Shown piece after piece: positions 37,483-51,049 of a DNA stretch of 64,000 bases. Positions within the stretch are counted from its first letter, which is position 1; the number at the start of each line of letters is the position of its first letter. This DNA comes from Mobula hypostoma (Eukaryota). Location of the stretch: positions 9,176,001 to 9,240,000 of the forward strand of contig NC_086108.1 in the NCBI RefSeq assembly GCF_963921235.1, given 5' to 3'. The position numbers were made by a program, and so were the translations under genes. The notes under the pieces are model-generated. The model had not been told where the DNA came from. It searched no databases and saw only the letters and a list, made by a program, of their open reading frames with translations.

Positions 37483-39201
37483 TCAGGTCTGGAAAGGAAG
37501 GGGGAAGGAGTCAGAATAAGATAGTGGGGGAGGGGAGGAAGAAGTACAAGGTGGCAGATAATAGGTATCTATATAGGACCAGGAGAGGGGAAGGGGGTGA
37601 ACTAAAAAGCTGGGAAATTGATTGGTGAAAGAGATAAAGGGCTGAAGAGGGTTAATCTAATAGGAAAGGACAGAAGGCCATGGAAGAAAGGGAAGGGGAA
37701 GGAGCACCAGAGGGACGTGATGGGCAGGTAAGAAGAGAAGGTGTGAGAGGGAAACAGGAATGGGGAATGGGGGGGGGGCGGGGAGGGTTGGAATTACCGG
37801 CAGAAGATTCAAAAGCCTGAAAGCACATATCGCCAGCCTCAAGGACAACTTCTGCCTCTTAGTTATGAATGGTTCCCGAATATGTTAAATTGAACTCTTG
37901 AGCACACAATCTACCCAGTTATGAGCTTTTGCACTTTATCATTTACCTCTCTCTGTAACTGTTACAGTTTCCGTTGTTGTCCCATTCTGTTGTTGTTTTA
38001 CCTTGTTCTACCTCAATGCTCTGTGTAATGATCTGATCTGTATGAACAGTATACTTCTCACTCTATCTTGCTATATGTGGCACTAAACAACCAATTCCAG
38101 TTCCATTTATATTGAAATGGGATTGGGATACAGACAATGAGTGGGTCCGCAGTACTCTAGGGTGAAGAATCTCGAAACAAGTTTTGTATTTTAATAACTC
38201 TAGGTGAATAGGTTCTCTCCTGAATTCTCTCAGGGATTTATTTGTGGTTGTCTCTTATTTATTGCTCATTTTGGTGGGAAAATCTTCTCTAAACAACTCT
38301 TCGATAGACACATGGGACTGCAGATGCTGGAATCCAGAGTAACACAGGAGAAAAGATGAAAGATATTTGTTACATGGACATCGGAACATACGGTGAAAAG
38401 TGTTTTGCGTCAATGACCAACACGGTATGAGGATGTGCTGTGGCAGCCTGCAGTGTCTCCATGCTTCCAGTGCCAACGTAGTACACCCACAACTCACTGG
38501 CTAACCTGTACGTCTTTGGAATGTGGGAGAAAACCAGAGGAAACACACATGGTCACAGGGAAAACGTACAAACTCCTTACAGACAGACCCCGATCAGTGA
38601 TCACTGGCTCTACTGTATAGAGCAACTTTGCTAACCACTGCGTAAGAAGTAAAGAACAGAGTTCATCGAGGGGAGACTGGTTTCTGTGATATGCTGAAGG
38701 AACTCGTTGGGACTGGCCGCATCGCTGGAGGAACTGGACGGTCAATGTTTAGGGTCAAGACCCTTCATCGGATTGGATGTGTGTTGTGTGTTGCTCCTTG
38801 ATAAGTGTATCTGAAGGTTTCATTGACCGTTGCACTAACTATGTCCTGTGTGGTGGGATCTGCAAATATTCACAGCGTTGTCATACAGTCATAGAACACT
38901 ACAACACAGAAACAGCCCTTCAATCTATCTACTCTGCATTGTCCCATCAACCTGCACCCAGACTATAGCCCTCCATATCCCTCCCATCCATGTACCTATC
39001 CAAAGATCACAATTGAACCCTTATCCACGACTCCCACTGGCAGCTCGCTCCACACTCTCACCAGCCTCTGGGTGAATAAGTTCTCCCTCATGTTCTTCTT
39101 TCACCCTTAACCTGTGACCTCAGGCTCTAGTGTCACCCAACCTCAGTGGAAAAAGCCTGCTTGCATTTACCCTATCTATACCCCTCATCATTTTGTCTAC
39201 C

Positions 39202-39961
39202 TGTAATGCCCTGGTGAAGATTTTTGCCGCTATGCTGTAAATATTTCACTTTAGCAGTTCTGTAAGAGTTCTGTTTTAAACCTGCCTGGGCTTTGTTGTT
39301 CGACTTAGGAATACGGTGTCATCCAATCAGGGTGGTGGAATTGGGAGACGGTTCTAGAGAATGCTGGGCGGAGAGGTTTTTGTGACGGGCACTGGTGTGG
39401 GTCGAGGTCTTTTTGGCGGGAGCTGGGAGAAGACAGGAGGGAAGGTGGCTGAACAAGCCGTCCCTGTTGCACAAGGCGCTTTGTGCAGAGGAATGGCCTC
39501 GAGGAGGAACGACCAATACTCCCGTGGGAGAGCCTGTTTGTTCGAGATAGATTTCGAGTGACATTTGGAAGGTGGTGTGTGGTTTCACACAGACTGAGAG
39601 TCCAGCGTGTGAGTTAAAGACAACTTCAACATAAGCTCCAACTTACGTGCACATTTGACTGTTTCTTTTCTTTAATAACTGTTCGGTTAAGTTAACATTC
39701 TTAAATATACTTTTTTTATAACTGTTTACAGTGTATGGTCTGCATACAGATTGCATGGGAGCAGTAAATGACACAGCATTCACACAAATCGTGGTTCGGG
39801 TGGGCAAGACAACCTTTCACGGGTTTGCCGGGACCCAGGTGATATCTACCCTAGACATATGGAGTCTGAGAAAGGTGGTTTTCTCTCAACTGGGTCCTGT
39901 GGCTGTTAGCAAGGGGCTAACGAGCCGCATCTCTAGCGACACCCAATAAAAAGGGGTTTCA
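39202..39961 (+). mobile_element. Gypsy-type solo LTR in a CR1 fragment
   Basis: TGTAATGCCCTG...GGGGTTTCA termini; approximate TACC/TATC duplication; antisense CR1 continues on both sides. Confidence 0.7.
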
Positions 39962-40247
39962 TATCTCCTCTCAAACTTCTACATGCCAAGGAATAAAGTC
40001 CTAGCCTATTCAACCTTTCCCTGTAACTCTAGTCTTTACAAGAATGCTATGAGGATTCTGATCTTCAAGTCCTCATAGCATTCTTGTAAATTTTCTCTGT
40101 ATTCTTTTAACCTTATTTACATTTTTCCTGTAGGTAGGTGACCAAAACTGCACATGAAAGTCCAATCTGTCCTCAGTAAGTTGGAGGTCAGCCAAACCAC
40201 TGCTGCCTAGGTCAGATACATTCTCACATTCTCACTGCTCAGTGAAC

Positions 40248-40762
40248 TCTTGTGCAAAGTCTTATGCACATATATATAGCTAGGATGCCTAACGCTTGTG
40301 CACAGTACTGTAGTAATTTTATGCATTGCACTGTACTGCTGGCGAAAAGAAAACAAATTTCATGACGTGTGTGAGTGATGATAAACCCGATTCTGATCTG
40401 GGTCTCTATTGTGGACTGAGAGTGGGAAGGGGACAGGGAGGGGGGAATCATGGTTGAAAAAGGGGAAGAGAGAGGGGAATAAACAGGAAGCACTGGAGAG
40501 ACATTCTGTAATAATCAATAAACCAACTGTATGGAATCAAATGACCTTGTCTGCACCCATACTGCTCCCTGCCCCTAACACACCTACCCTGCCACCTGTC
40601 CCACACCTCTTTCATGGCATTCCAACCTCACCTTTCCCAACTTCCTTTGCTCTGCCAGATTTACAAATCATTCCACGTTGACAAATTCAGCACTGTACAA
40701 CAGTCTTAAGTGCCCTAACTATATATATATATATGTGCCTAAGACATTTGTGAAGTACAGTA
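40248..40762. mobile_element. Tc1-like MITE with self-palindromic ends
   Basis: AGTCTTATGCACATATATATAGCTAGG at left mirrors CCTAACTATATATATATATATGTGCCTAAGAC at right; each end has an inner inverted copy. Confidence 0.6.
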
Positions 40763-41000
40763 TATTGAATAATTGTTCCGTTATAGTTAGCAGTCCCTTC
40801 ATATTTTCATCTTCCCTATGTCCTTAATCTCCCCCAGCTCTACAACCATCTCAGAAATCATCAATTTCCCATCTTCTTGTGAATCTCCATGCCCATTGCA
40901 TGTCCTAAGTTTCAGCCATGTGAAATGCCTCAGGATATTTTAACACAACAGTGAAAGCGCTATATAAATGTTATTCATTTAGAGATACAGCACAGTATCA

Positions 41001-42105
41001 CAGACATCCCACCCTGCAAAAACTCAGTTCAGGGAGGTACCCCTGCCCCCCCCACCGCAACCCCATGTACCTCTCCCCCCACCCTGTCGACCTCCAAGGG
41101 TGCATGTATACGGGACATTTGACTATGAAAGAACACAACAATTTATTTGACACATATTGAAACTATTTATATACACACACAGACACACACACACACACAC
41201 ACAGACACACACACACACACACACGTATATATATTCCTTGTTGAGTATTTTGTTGGCAATCTCAATGCTAATGCAAATAGCTTTTCTATTTCTTTTGCAA
41301 ACTTTCCTTGTACTGTGATGTGGCTCTGCTGAAAAGAACTGTGAAATATTTGAGCAGCTTTCCCTGCGATTAGCCTCCCTAATATGTTGTGGTCCCTAAA
41401 AGAAATAAAAGCATAAGGTGTATCCTATTATATTGTCTTATGTAATACTTTGTTTAGTGATTTGTCTAATCTATAGTCTGTAAACTGCGTATATGCAGAA
41501 AATGTGACATTAAAATATGTACTTATATATTATCATGGAGTCATTTTTAATTCTATTACTACTTTAAGCACGTCTACAGGGAGTTTGGCCTCATCACGTA
41601 GGACATCAATAGAGTAGCTCCTTAGCAGCCAGCCAGCTAGTTTAAATAATGTTAGCTAAGCTAATGATGAATGACACCTGTTAAATTCACCTCAACTTGT
41701 CTTTTACAGTCATTTAACCCACCATGGGCAATAGAAAAGTCATTGTTACAAACAGTGCAGCGAGCAACACTGTCATTATTTTTGACCCCTATTAGGCAGG
41801 GGTACACTTTAGTGTAGTCTGGGGTGATGTACAATTTATATTTTCTTTTTTTGAAAGACTCTGCCATGGCGGTGCAGGACACTAAACTGAACTGATGGAG
41901 AGACCGATGTCGACTGTCAAGCCCGCCCACAGAGAAAACTGATAGGTCTACTTAGCACAAAGAGAGACTAATCAGGATGCTCGCTCTTGCTCCCGCTCTC
42001 CCTCTCATTTCCGAGATATTGTACTGTATATAAGTTGCGAGCATCAGGGAGCTGCTATTAATATGCGGGAGACTCCCGGAACTTCTGGGAGAGGTGGGAT
42101 GTCTG
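41001..42105 (-). mobile_element. Non-autonomous hAT-like DNA transposon retaining the BED-like zinc-finger exon
   Basis: 13-bp TIR CAGACATCCCACC; 6-bp TSD GTATCA; peptide MAESFKKRKY...ARCTVCNNDFSIAHGGLNDCKR followed by a possible donor GAG|GTGAAT. Confidence 0.85.
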
Positions 42106-42618
42106 GTATCAGCCCTTCTGGTCCAACTACAACAATGTGACCAATTAACCTAATAATCTGTACATCTTTGGAATGTAAGAGGAAACCCACATGCTCATGG
42201 GGTGCAAATTCAAACTTCTTATAGACAGCAGCGGGAACTGGTGTTGTTATAGTATTGTGCTAACCACCACGTTACCATGGTGACATAACAGGACGCTGTT
42301 AATGCCTGAAATCTTTCTGAGCACCTTCTTGCTAATTCATTGCTATCAAAGCGCAGTTACTTTCAATATCAAGCAAGCAACAATATATGAGTTATAATGA
42401 GTTAAAAGAACACGTAATCTATTTGTAGATTGATTCGATTAGATTCAGCCTTATTTGTCACGTGTACATTGAAACACACGACCAACACAGCCTGAGGATG
42501 TTCAGGGGGCAGCCCACAAGTGTCGCCACGCTTCTGGTGCCACCTTAGCATACGCACAACTCACTAACCCGAACAAACTTTGGAACGTGGGAGGAAACTT
42601 CAGCACCCGGAGGTACGG

Positions 42619-43283
42619 GAGCCTCAGGTCCCACACCACCAGGTTCAGGAACAGTTATTACCCCTCAACCATCAGGCTCCTGAACCAGTGTGGATAACTT
42701 CACTCCCCACAATGAGCCTCAGGTCCCACACCACCAGGTTCAGGAACAGTTATTACCCCACAACCATCAGGCTCCTGAACCAGTGTGGATAACTTCACTC
42801 CCCACAATGAGCCTCAGGTCCCACACCACCAGGTTCAGGAACAGTTATCACCCCACAACCATCAGGCTCCTGAACCAGTGTGGATAACTTCACTCACCAC
42901 AATGAGCCTCAGGTCCCACACCACCAGGGTCAGGAACAGTTATTACCCTACAACCATCAGACTCCTGAACCAGTGTGGATAACTTCACTCACCACAATGA
43001 GCCTCAGGTCCCACACCACCAGGTTCAGGAACAGTTATTACCCTACAACCATCAGGCTCCTGAACCAGTGTGGATAACTTCACTCACCACAATGAGCCTC
43101 AGGTCCCACACCACCAGGTTCAGGAACAGTTATTACCTCTCAACCATCAGGCTCCTGAACCAGTGTGGATAACTTCACTCACCACAATGAGCCTCAGGTC
43201 CCACACCACCAGGTTCAGGAACAGTTATTACCCCACAACAATCAGGCTCTTGAACCACTGTGGATTACTTCACTCACCTAAAC
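42619..43283 (+). repeat. 95-bp x7 tandem amplification inside a Rex1-type 3' end
   Basis: GAGCCTCAGG at 42619, 42714, 42809, 42904, 42999, 43094 and 43189. Confidence 0.95.
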
Positions 43284-43958
43284 ATTGAACTAATTCCACA
43301 ACCTACGGACTTACTTTCAAGGACTCTAATACGTATGAACTGAACTAAACTGAATACTCCTAGACTCCTGGTTTGATATTCGATATTCTGTGTTGTTCGC
43401 TCACTTTTTGCTGTTTGCACAATTTGTCCTTTTTTTATGCGTTGGATGTTTGATATGTTCTTGAGTGGGTTCTATGGTGTTTCTTTGTTTTGTAGCTACC
43501 TGCAGGAGGACAAATCTCAAGTTGTAATCTGTACATACACTTACATAATACATGTACTTTGAATCTTAATTTACTTAATTATTTTTATTAGACTTCTTTT
43601 GCACATTGATTGCTTGTTAATCTTTACTTGTGTGTAGTTTGTCATTGATTCTGATGTACTTTTTTGTTCTACTGTGAATGCTTGCAAGAAAATAAATCCC
43701 GGAGCTGTTCATGATGACATATCTACTCTAAATTGTGTGTGGTATTTCATTGATTCAAAGTAAATTTTTATTGTCAAAGTAAAGCAAAGCAAAGTAGTAT
43801 ATATGTCACCATATATAACCCTGAGATTCATTTTCTTGTGGGCGTACTCAATAAAACTATAGAATAATAACTATATCAGAAGCAATGAAAGACCACCCAA
43901 CTAGGGCATATAACCAGTGTGGACAAGATAACGAACAGTGAAAATACAGAAAGAAAGG

Positions 43959-43989
<31 letters not shown>

Positions 43990-46134
43990 TAAATATGCAA
44001 TAAATATCAAGAACATGAGATGAAGAGACCTTGAAAGTGAGTCCATAGGTTGTGGGAATATTTCAACGATGGGCCAAGTGAAGTTATCTCATTTGGTACA
44101 AGAGCCTGATGATTGAGGGGTAGCAACTGTTCCTGAACCTGCTGGTGCGATTCCATTGTGTTTCTTTGTATTTACTGTGGGAGATTGGGTGCGGGAGCGT
44201 TGGTGCTTTTTCTGGAGAGTGGGGGGAGGGGGAGGGTTGATGCTTGTGCGTGGGAGTGGAGAGGGGGGCTTTGGGGTTCTAATCCTTCTGTCATTCATTC
44301 TTTGGGATATTTTCTGTTTCGTGGATGTCTTCAGAGAATAAGAAATTCAAGCTGCATACATGCTCTGAAATTAAATGGAACCATTGAATGTCCACAAGAA
44401 AACGAATCCCGGGGTACTATATGGTGACATACATGTTCTTGGATAATAAATTTACTTTCTTTCTCTTGAGATTGTGAAAGGCATGACATAAATCAAATGA
44501 CTTGCATTTATCTTAGAACATCATGAACCTTTCCACTGCCCATTAAGCACTCCCACATTGGAATCATCATTCTTGGAGTTTCTGACTAAGCCTTGAAAAC
44601 AGGGTGTGAGGCCACATCTTATTGATTCGGAGATGAGGGTGCAGCTCTTTGAGAAATAATTGGTAACCTATTTTATTGCAACTGAAAGTACTCTCGACAA
44701 AGATAACAGGTCGATTTTCTTTTAGGTTCAGGAAATCTGGACAATGAAGTATGAAATGTAGACACTTGTGGCTGCAGGTCTGGAATCCAAAACAAAAATA
44801 CACCACTGTTGCACCCCAACGAGTCAGGCAGCATGTGCGGACGGACATGGACAGTCAACATTTCGGGTGGGACAGGACCGGACAGGGAGGCTTTACATCG
44901 GGAAGTCAAAACTGTCCAATCCAGCACTGGCAGCAGCCTACCCACCATCAAGAACATAGATCCAGAAAGGGCCAGGAACATCATGAAGGATCCCACACAC
45001 CCTACTCATGGACTGCTTGGCCCACTCCCATCAGGGAGGAGGCTATACCAGGTCCACCAGACTCAAAAACAGTTACTTGCCCAACTGATCAACACCTCCA
45101 CCCACTAACTCACCCCTCCACACCCCCAACCACCATGACTTTATCATTTCCTGTCAGAGTCACCTTATGTACAGACGTTCCGGTGCCTAGCGTCACTTTA
45201 TGGACACACAATCAATGTATATAAGCTACTTACATATTTCAATTCATTGTCTTTTTATTATTGGATAGATACTTGATTGATCCAAATGGAAATTGGTGTC
45301 ACAGTAGTATTACAAGTGCACAAATGTACAAATATTAGAAAAGAAGTAAGAAAGAGTTAAAAAAAATAAGTTACCTTAAAATTAAGATGTACAAGATGAT
45401 AGTATCGCACCAGTATTGCAAAGGTGTCCACAATAGCAGGGTGTGGTAAACAGGGCTAAACAGAGCTTAAACAGAGCTCTGGTAAACAGAGGTTAATGAC
45501 AGTCTAACAGGAGGGGGTCATCACTGACCTGGCTATAGGTTGACTCATTATAGAGCCTAATGGCCGAGGGTAAGAATGACCTCGTACAGCGCACTTTGGA
45601 GCAGCAGGGTTGTCTTCGTCTATTACTGAAAGTGCCCTTCTGTGCAGGCAATGTGGCATGCAGAGGGTGAGAAACATTGTCCAGGATTGCCAGGATTTTC
45701 TACCACAGCCTCCAGTGTGTCCAGTTGAACTCCTGTAACACAGCCAGCCTTTCTAATCAGTTTATTTAGCCTGTTGCATTACCCATGTCGATGCCATTGC
45801 CCCAGCACACCACTGCATAGAAGATCGTACTGGTGACAACAGACTGGTAGAACATGTGAAGGAGAGGCCTGTGTACTCCAAAGGACCTCAGTATCCTCAT
45901 AAAGCAGATGTGACTCTGGCCCTACTTCTACACAGCCTCTGTGTTGTTTATATTTTGTGTTCTCTATATTTTGAGTTTTTAAGGCTTCATTATTATGAAA
46001 TAACAATTATTTTGTTCTCATTTACACTTGTTTACTGGAAATGACATTAAAAATATTCAATCCTTATCAGGACTAAAACAGTGAGCGAGAAGTAGCGAGA
46101 GTCAAAAGTTGAGGGAGAGGGGTGCGGCAAGAGC

Positions 46135-49100
46135 TGGAGGTGATGGGTGGATCGAGGTGAGGAGGGATAGGCAGATGGAGGAGGGGAGAGTGGGAATAGT
46201 GACGGAGGCTGGGAGGTGATGGGTGGATCGAGGTGAGGAGGGATAGGCAGATGGAGGAGGGGAGAGTGGGAATAGTGACGGAGGCTGGGAGGTGATGGGT
46301 GGATCGAGGTGAGGAGGGATAGGCAGATGGAGGAGGGGAGAGTGTGAATAGTGACGGAGGCTGGGAGGTGATGGGTGGATTGAGGTGAGGAGGGATGATA
46401 GGCAGATGGAGGAGGGGAGAGTGTGAATAGTGACGGAGGCTGGGAGGTGATGGGCGGTTCGAGGTGAGGAGGGATGATAGGCAGATGGAGGAGGGGAGAG
46501 TGGGAATAGTGACGGAGGCTGGGAGGTGATGGGCGGATCGAGGTGAGGAGGGATGATAGGCAGATGGAGGAGGGGAGAGTGTGAATAGTGACAGAGGCTG
46601 GGAGGTGATGGGCGGATCGAGGTGAGGAGGGATGATAGGCAGATGGAGGAGGGGAGAGTGTGAATAGTGACGGAGGCTGGGAGGTGATGGGCGGATCGAG
46701 GTGAGGAGGGATGATAGGCAGATGGAGGAGGGGAGAGTGGGAATAGTGACGGAGGCTGGGAGGTGATGGGCGGATCGAGGGGAGGAGGGATGATAGGCAG
46801 GTGGAGGAGGGGAGAGTGTGAATGGTGACGGAGGCTGGGAGGTGATGGGTGGATCGAGGTGAGGAGGGAGACAAGCAGATGGAGGAGGGGAGAGTGGGAA
46901 TAGTGACGGAGGCTGGGAGGTGATGGGCGGATCGAGGTGAGGAGGGATGATAGGCAGATGGAGGAGGGGAGAGTGTGAATAGTGACGGAGGCTGGGAGGT
47001 GATGGGTGGATCGAGGTGAGGAGGGATGATATGCAGATGGAGGAGGGGAGAGTGTGAATAGTGACGGAGGCTGGGAGGTGATGGGCAGATCGAGGTGAGG
47101 AGGGATGATATGCAGATGGAGGAGGGGAGAGTGTGAATAGTGACGGAGGCTGGGAGGTGATGGGCGGATCGAGGTGAGGAGGGATGATAGGCAGATGGAG
47201 GAGGGGAGAGTGTGAATAGTAACGGAGGCTGGGAGGTGATGGGCGGATCGAGGGGAGGAGGGATGATAGGCAGATGGAGGAGGGGAGAGTGTGAATAGTG
47301 ACGGAGGCTCGGAGGTGATGGGCGGATCGAGGCGAGGAGGGATGATAGGCAGATGGAGGAGTGGAGAGTGTGAATAGTGACGGAGGCTGGGAGGTGATGG
47401 GCGGATCGAGGTGAGGAGGGATAGGCAGATGGAGGAGGGGAGAGTGGGAATAGTGACGGAGGCTGGGAGGTGCTGGGCGGATCGAGGTGAGGAGGGATGA
47501 TAGGCAGATGGAGGAGGGGAGAGTGTGAATAGTGACGGAGGCTGGGAGGTGATGGGTGGATCGAGGTGAGGAGGGATAGGCAGATGGAGGAGGGGAGAGT
47601 GTGAATAGTGACGGAGGCTGGGAGGTGATGGGCAGATCGAGGTGCGGAGGGATGATATGCAGATGGAGGAGGGGAGAGTGTGAATAGTGACGGAGGCTAG
47701 GAGGTGATGGGCGGATCGAGGTGAGGAGGGATGATAGGCAGATGGAGGAGGGGAGAGTGTGAATAGTGACGGAGGCTGAGAGGTGATGGGTAGATCGAGG
47801 TGATGGGTAGATCGAGGTGAGGAGGGAGACAAGCAGATGGAGGAGGGGAGAGTGTGAATAGTGACGGAGGCTGGGAGGTGATGGGTGGATCGAGGCGAGG
47901 AGGGATGATAGGCAGATGGAGGAGGGGAGAGTGTGAATAGTGACAGAGGCTGGGAGGTGATGGGCGGATCGAGGTGAGTAGGGATGATAGGCAGATGGAG
48001 GAGGGGAGAGTGTGAATAGTGACGGAGGCTGGGAGGTGATGGGCGGATCGAGGTGAGGAGGGATGATATGCAGATGGAGGAGGGGAGAGTGTGAATAGTG
48101 ACGGAGGCTGGGAGGTGATGGGTGGATCGAGGTGAGGAGGGAGACAAGCAGATGGAGGAGGGGAGAGTGTGAATGGTGATGGAGGCTGGGAGGTGATGGG
48201 CGGATCGAGGCGAGGAGGGATGATAGGCAGATGGAGGAGTGGAGAGTGTGAATGGTGACGGAGGCTGGGAGGTGCTGGGTGGATCGAGGTGAGGAGGGAG
48301 ACAAGCAGATGGAGGAGGGGAGAGTGGGAATAGTGACGGAGGCTGGGAGGTGATGGGCGGATCGAGGTGAGGAGGGATGATAGGCAGATGGAGGAGGGGA
48401 GAGTGTGAATAGTGACGGAGGCTGGGAGGTGATGGGTGGATCGAGGTGAGGAGGGATAGGCAGATGGAGGAGGGGAGAGTGTGAATAGTGACGGAGGCTG
48501 GGAGGTGATGGGCAGATCGAGGTGAGGAGGGATGATATGCAGATGGAGGAGGGGAGAGTGTGAATAGTGACGGAGGCTGGGAGGTGATGGGCGGATCGAG
48601 GTGAGGAGGGATGATAGGCAGATGGAGGAGGGGAGAGTGTGAATAGCGACGGAGGCTGAGAGGTGATGGGTAGATCGAGGTGATGGGTAGATCGAGGTGA
48701 GGAGGGAGACAAGCAGATGGAGGAGGGGAGAGTGTGAATAGTGACGGAGGCTGGGAGGTGATGGGTGGATCGAGGCGAGGAGGGATGATAGGCAGATGGA
48801 GGAGGGGAGAGTGTGAATAGTGACAGAGGCTGGGAGGTGATGGGCGGATCGAGGTGAGGAGGGATGATAGGCAGATGGAGGAGGGGAGAGTGTGAATAGT
48901 GATGGAGGCTCGGAGGTGATGGGCGGATCGAGGCGAGGAGGGATGATAGGCAGATGGAGGAGTGGAGAGTGTGAATAGTGACGGAGGCTGGGAGGTGATG
49001 GGCGGATCGAGGTGAGGAGGGATAGGCAGATGGAGGAGGGGAGAGTGGGAATAGTGACGGAGGCTGGGAGGTGCTGGGCGGATCGAGGTGAGGAGGGATG

Positions 49101-50045
49101 ATAGGCAGATGGAGGAGGGGAGAGTGTGAATAGTGACGGAGGCTGGGAGGTGATGGGTGGATCGAGGTGAGGAGGGATAGGCAGATGGAGGAGGGGAGAG
49201 TGTGAATAGTGACGGAGGCTGGGAGGTGATGGGCAGATCGAGGTGAGGAGGGATGATATGCAGATGGAGGAGGGGAGAGTGTGAATAGTGACGGAGGCTG
49301 AGAGGTGATGGGTAGATCGAGGTGATGGGTAGATCGAGGTGAGGAGGGAGACAAGCAGATGGAGGAGGGGAGAGTGTGAATAGTGACGGAGGCTGGGAGG
49401 TGATGGGTGGATCGAGGCGAGGAGGGATGATAGGCAGATGGAGGAGGGGAGAGTGTGAATAGTGACAGAGGCTGGGAGGTGATGGGCGGATCGAGGTGAG
49501 TAGGGATGATAGGCAGATGGAGGAGGGGAGAGTGTGAATAGTGACGGAGGCTGGGAGGTGATGGGCGGATCGAGGTGAGGAGGGATGATAGGCAGATGGA
49601 GGAGGGGAGAGTGTGAATAGTGACGGAGGCTGGGAGGTGATGGGCGGATCGAGGTGAGGAGGGATGATAGGCAGATGGAGGAGTGGAGAGTGTGAATAGT
49701 GACGGAGGCTGGGAGGTGATGGGCGGATCGAGGTGAGGAGGGATAGGCAGATGGAGGAGTGGAGAGTGTGAATAGTGACGGAGGCTGGGAGGTGATGGGC
49801 GGATCGAGGTGAGGAGGGATGATAGGCAGATGGAGGAGGGGAGAGTGGGAATAGTGACGGAGGCTGGGAGGTGCTGGGCGGATCGAGGTGAGGAGGGATG
49901 ATAGGCAGATGGAGGAGGGGAGAGTGTGAATGGTGACGGAGGCTGGGAGGTGATGGGTGGATCGAGGTGAGTAGGGATGATAGGCAGCTGGAGGAGGGGA
50001 GAGTGTGAATAGTGACGGAGGCTGGGAGGTGATGGGTGGATCGAA
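46135..50045. repeat. ~3.9 kb purine-rich 81-84 bp minisatellite derived from a PLE 3' region
   Basis: Unit GGAGGTGATGGGCGGATCGAGGTGAGGAGGGATGATAGGCAGATGGAGGAGGGGAGAGTGTGAATAGTGACGGAGGCTG; preceded by a hammerhead remnant ATCAGGACT at ~46066. Confidence 0.92.
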
Positions 50046-50529
50046 GGTGGGAGAATTGAGTTGAGAGGGATAATAAATCAGCCATGATGGAACAGGGGAG
50101 AAGACCCAATGGGCTGAATGGCCTAATTTTACTCCTATGTTCCATGGTCTTATGAATCTACAGGTATATAGTGGTTCCCTTCGCCAAAGCTGCTGTACCT
50201 TCAGCAAGAGGTCTGCAATGGTTCAAGGAGGGACCTCACCACTGGCTTATATGGGATGGTGAGTTCTGGGTACGTGCTAGAGTCACAAGGACCCCCAACG
50301 CCTGCCACCAGGCCAGAGGTCCAAGCAAGTCCAGAAGTTGAGGCCTGAAAGTCAAACCCACGATCGGCAAGTCCAGACATGGCGCAGTCTGGAAGGCAAA
50401 GCCAACGCTCAAAGTCTAGTGCACAGTGAATCCAGAGGCTGAAGGCTGAAGATCGAAAACCAAAGGAGTTACGAGCACCCGGGTCGGCGGCGTTGCAGGC
50501 CCATGTGGGTCTGGATGTCAAGAGAGCTA

Positions 50530-51045
50530 TGAACCTGGACCCTGAGATCCCTCTGCTCACAGCACTGTTAAATGTCTTGCTGTTAACAATGTGCTGTCTC
50601 TGCATTTGATCTCCCACAGGGCAATGCTTCAGGTCTGGCCAGGTTAAACTCCATTTGCCATTTCTCCGCCCATATCTGCAACTGATCCATGCTGTCTTCA
50701 ACACCACCAATATTCATATCATTTGCAAACATACTAACCAACCGATTAACATTTTCATCTGGGTTTCTTATGCGTATCATAAACAGCTGAGGCCCCAGTA
50801 CACCACAAATCACAAATCTTCAGGCAGTAAAAGTCCCATCAGCCACCAGCCTTTGATTTCTACAGGCAAGCCAATTATGAATCCAACTCCCAATTCGCTA
50901 TGAATCCCATGTATCTTAATCTTTTGGGTAAGCCTCCCATCAGGGACCTTGTCAAACACCTTCCTAAAATCCATGTAGACAACATCCATAGGTCTACCTT
51001 CATCAATAACCTTTGTTACCTCCTTGGAAAACTCAGTCAAGTTTG
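50530..51045 (-). mobile_element. CR1 RT fragment
   Basis: [32 protein letters not shown]. Confidence 0.85.
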
Positions 51046-51049
51046 TAAG

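Noticed and set aside
46047..50207. 836-1347 aa Pro/Ser/His-rich ORFs (mucin/extensin-like)
   Set aside because: Open in all three minus frames, with frame-shifting unit variants; minisatellite artefact.
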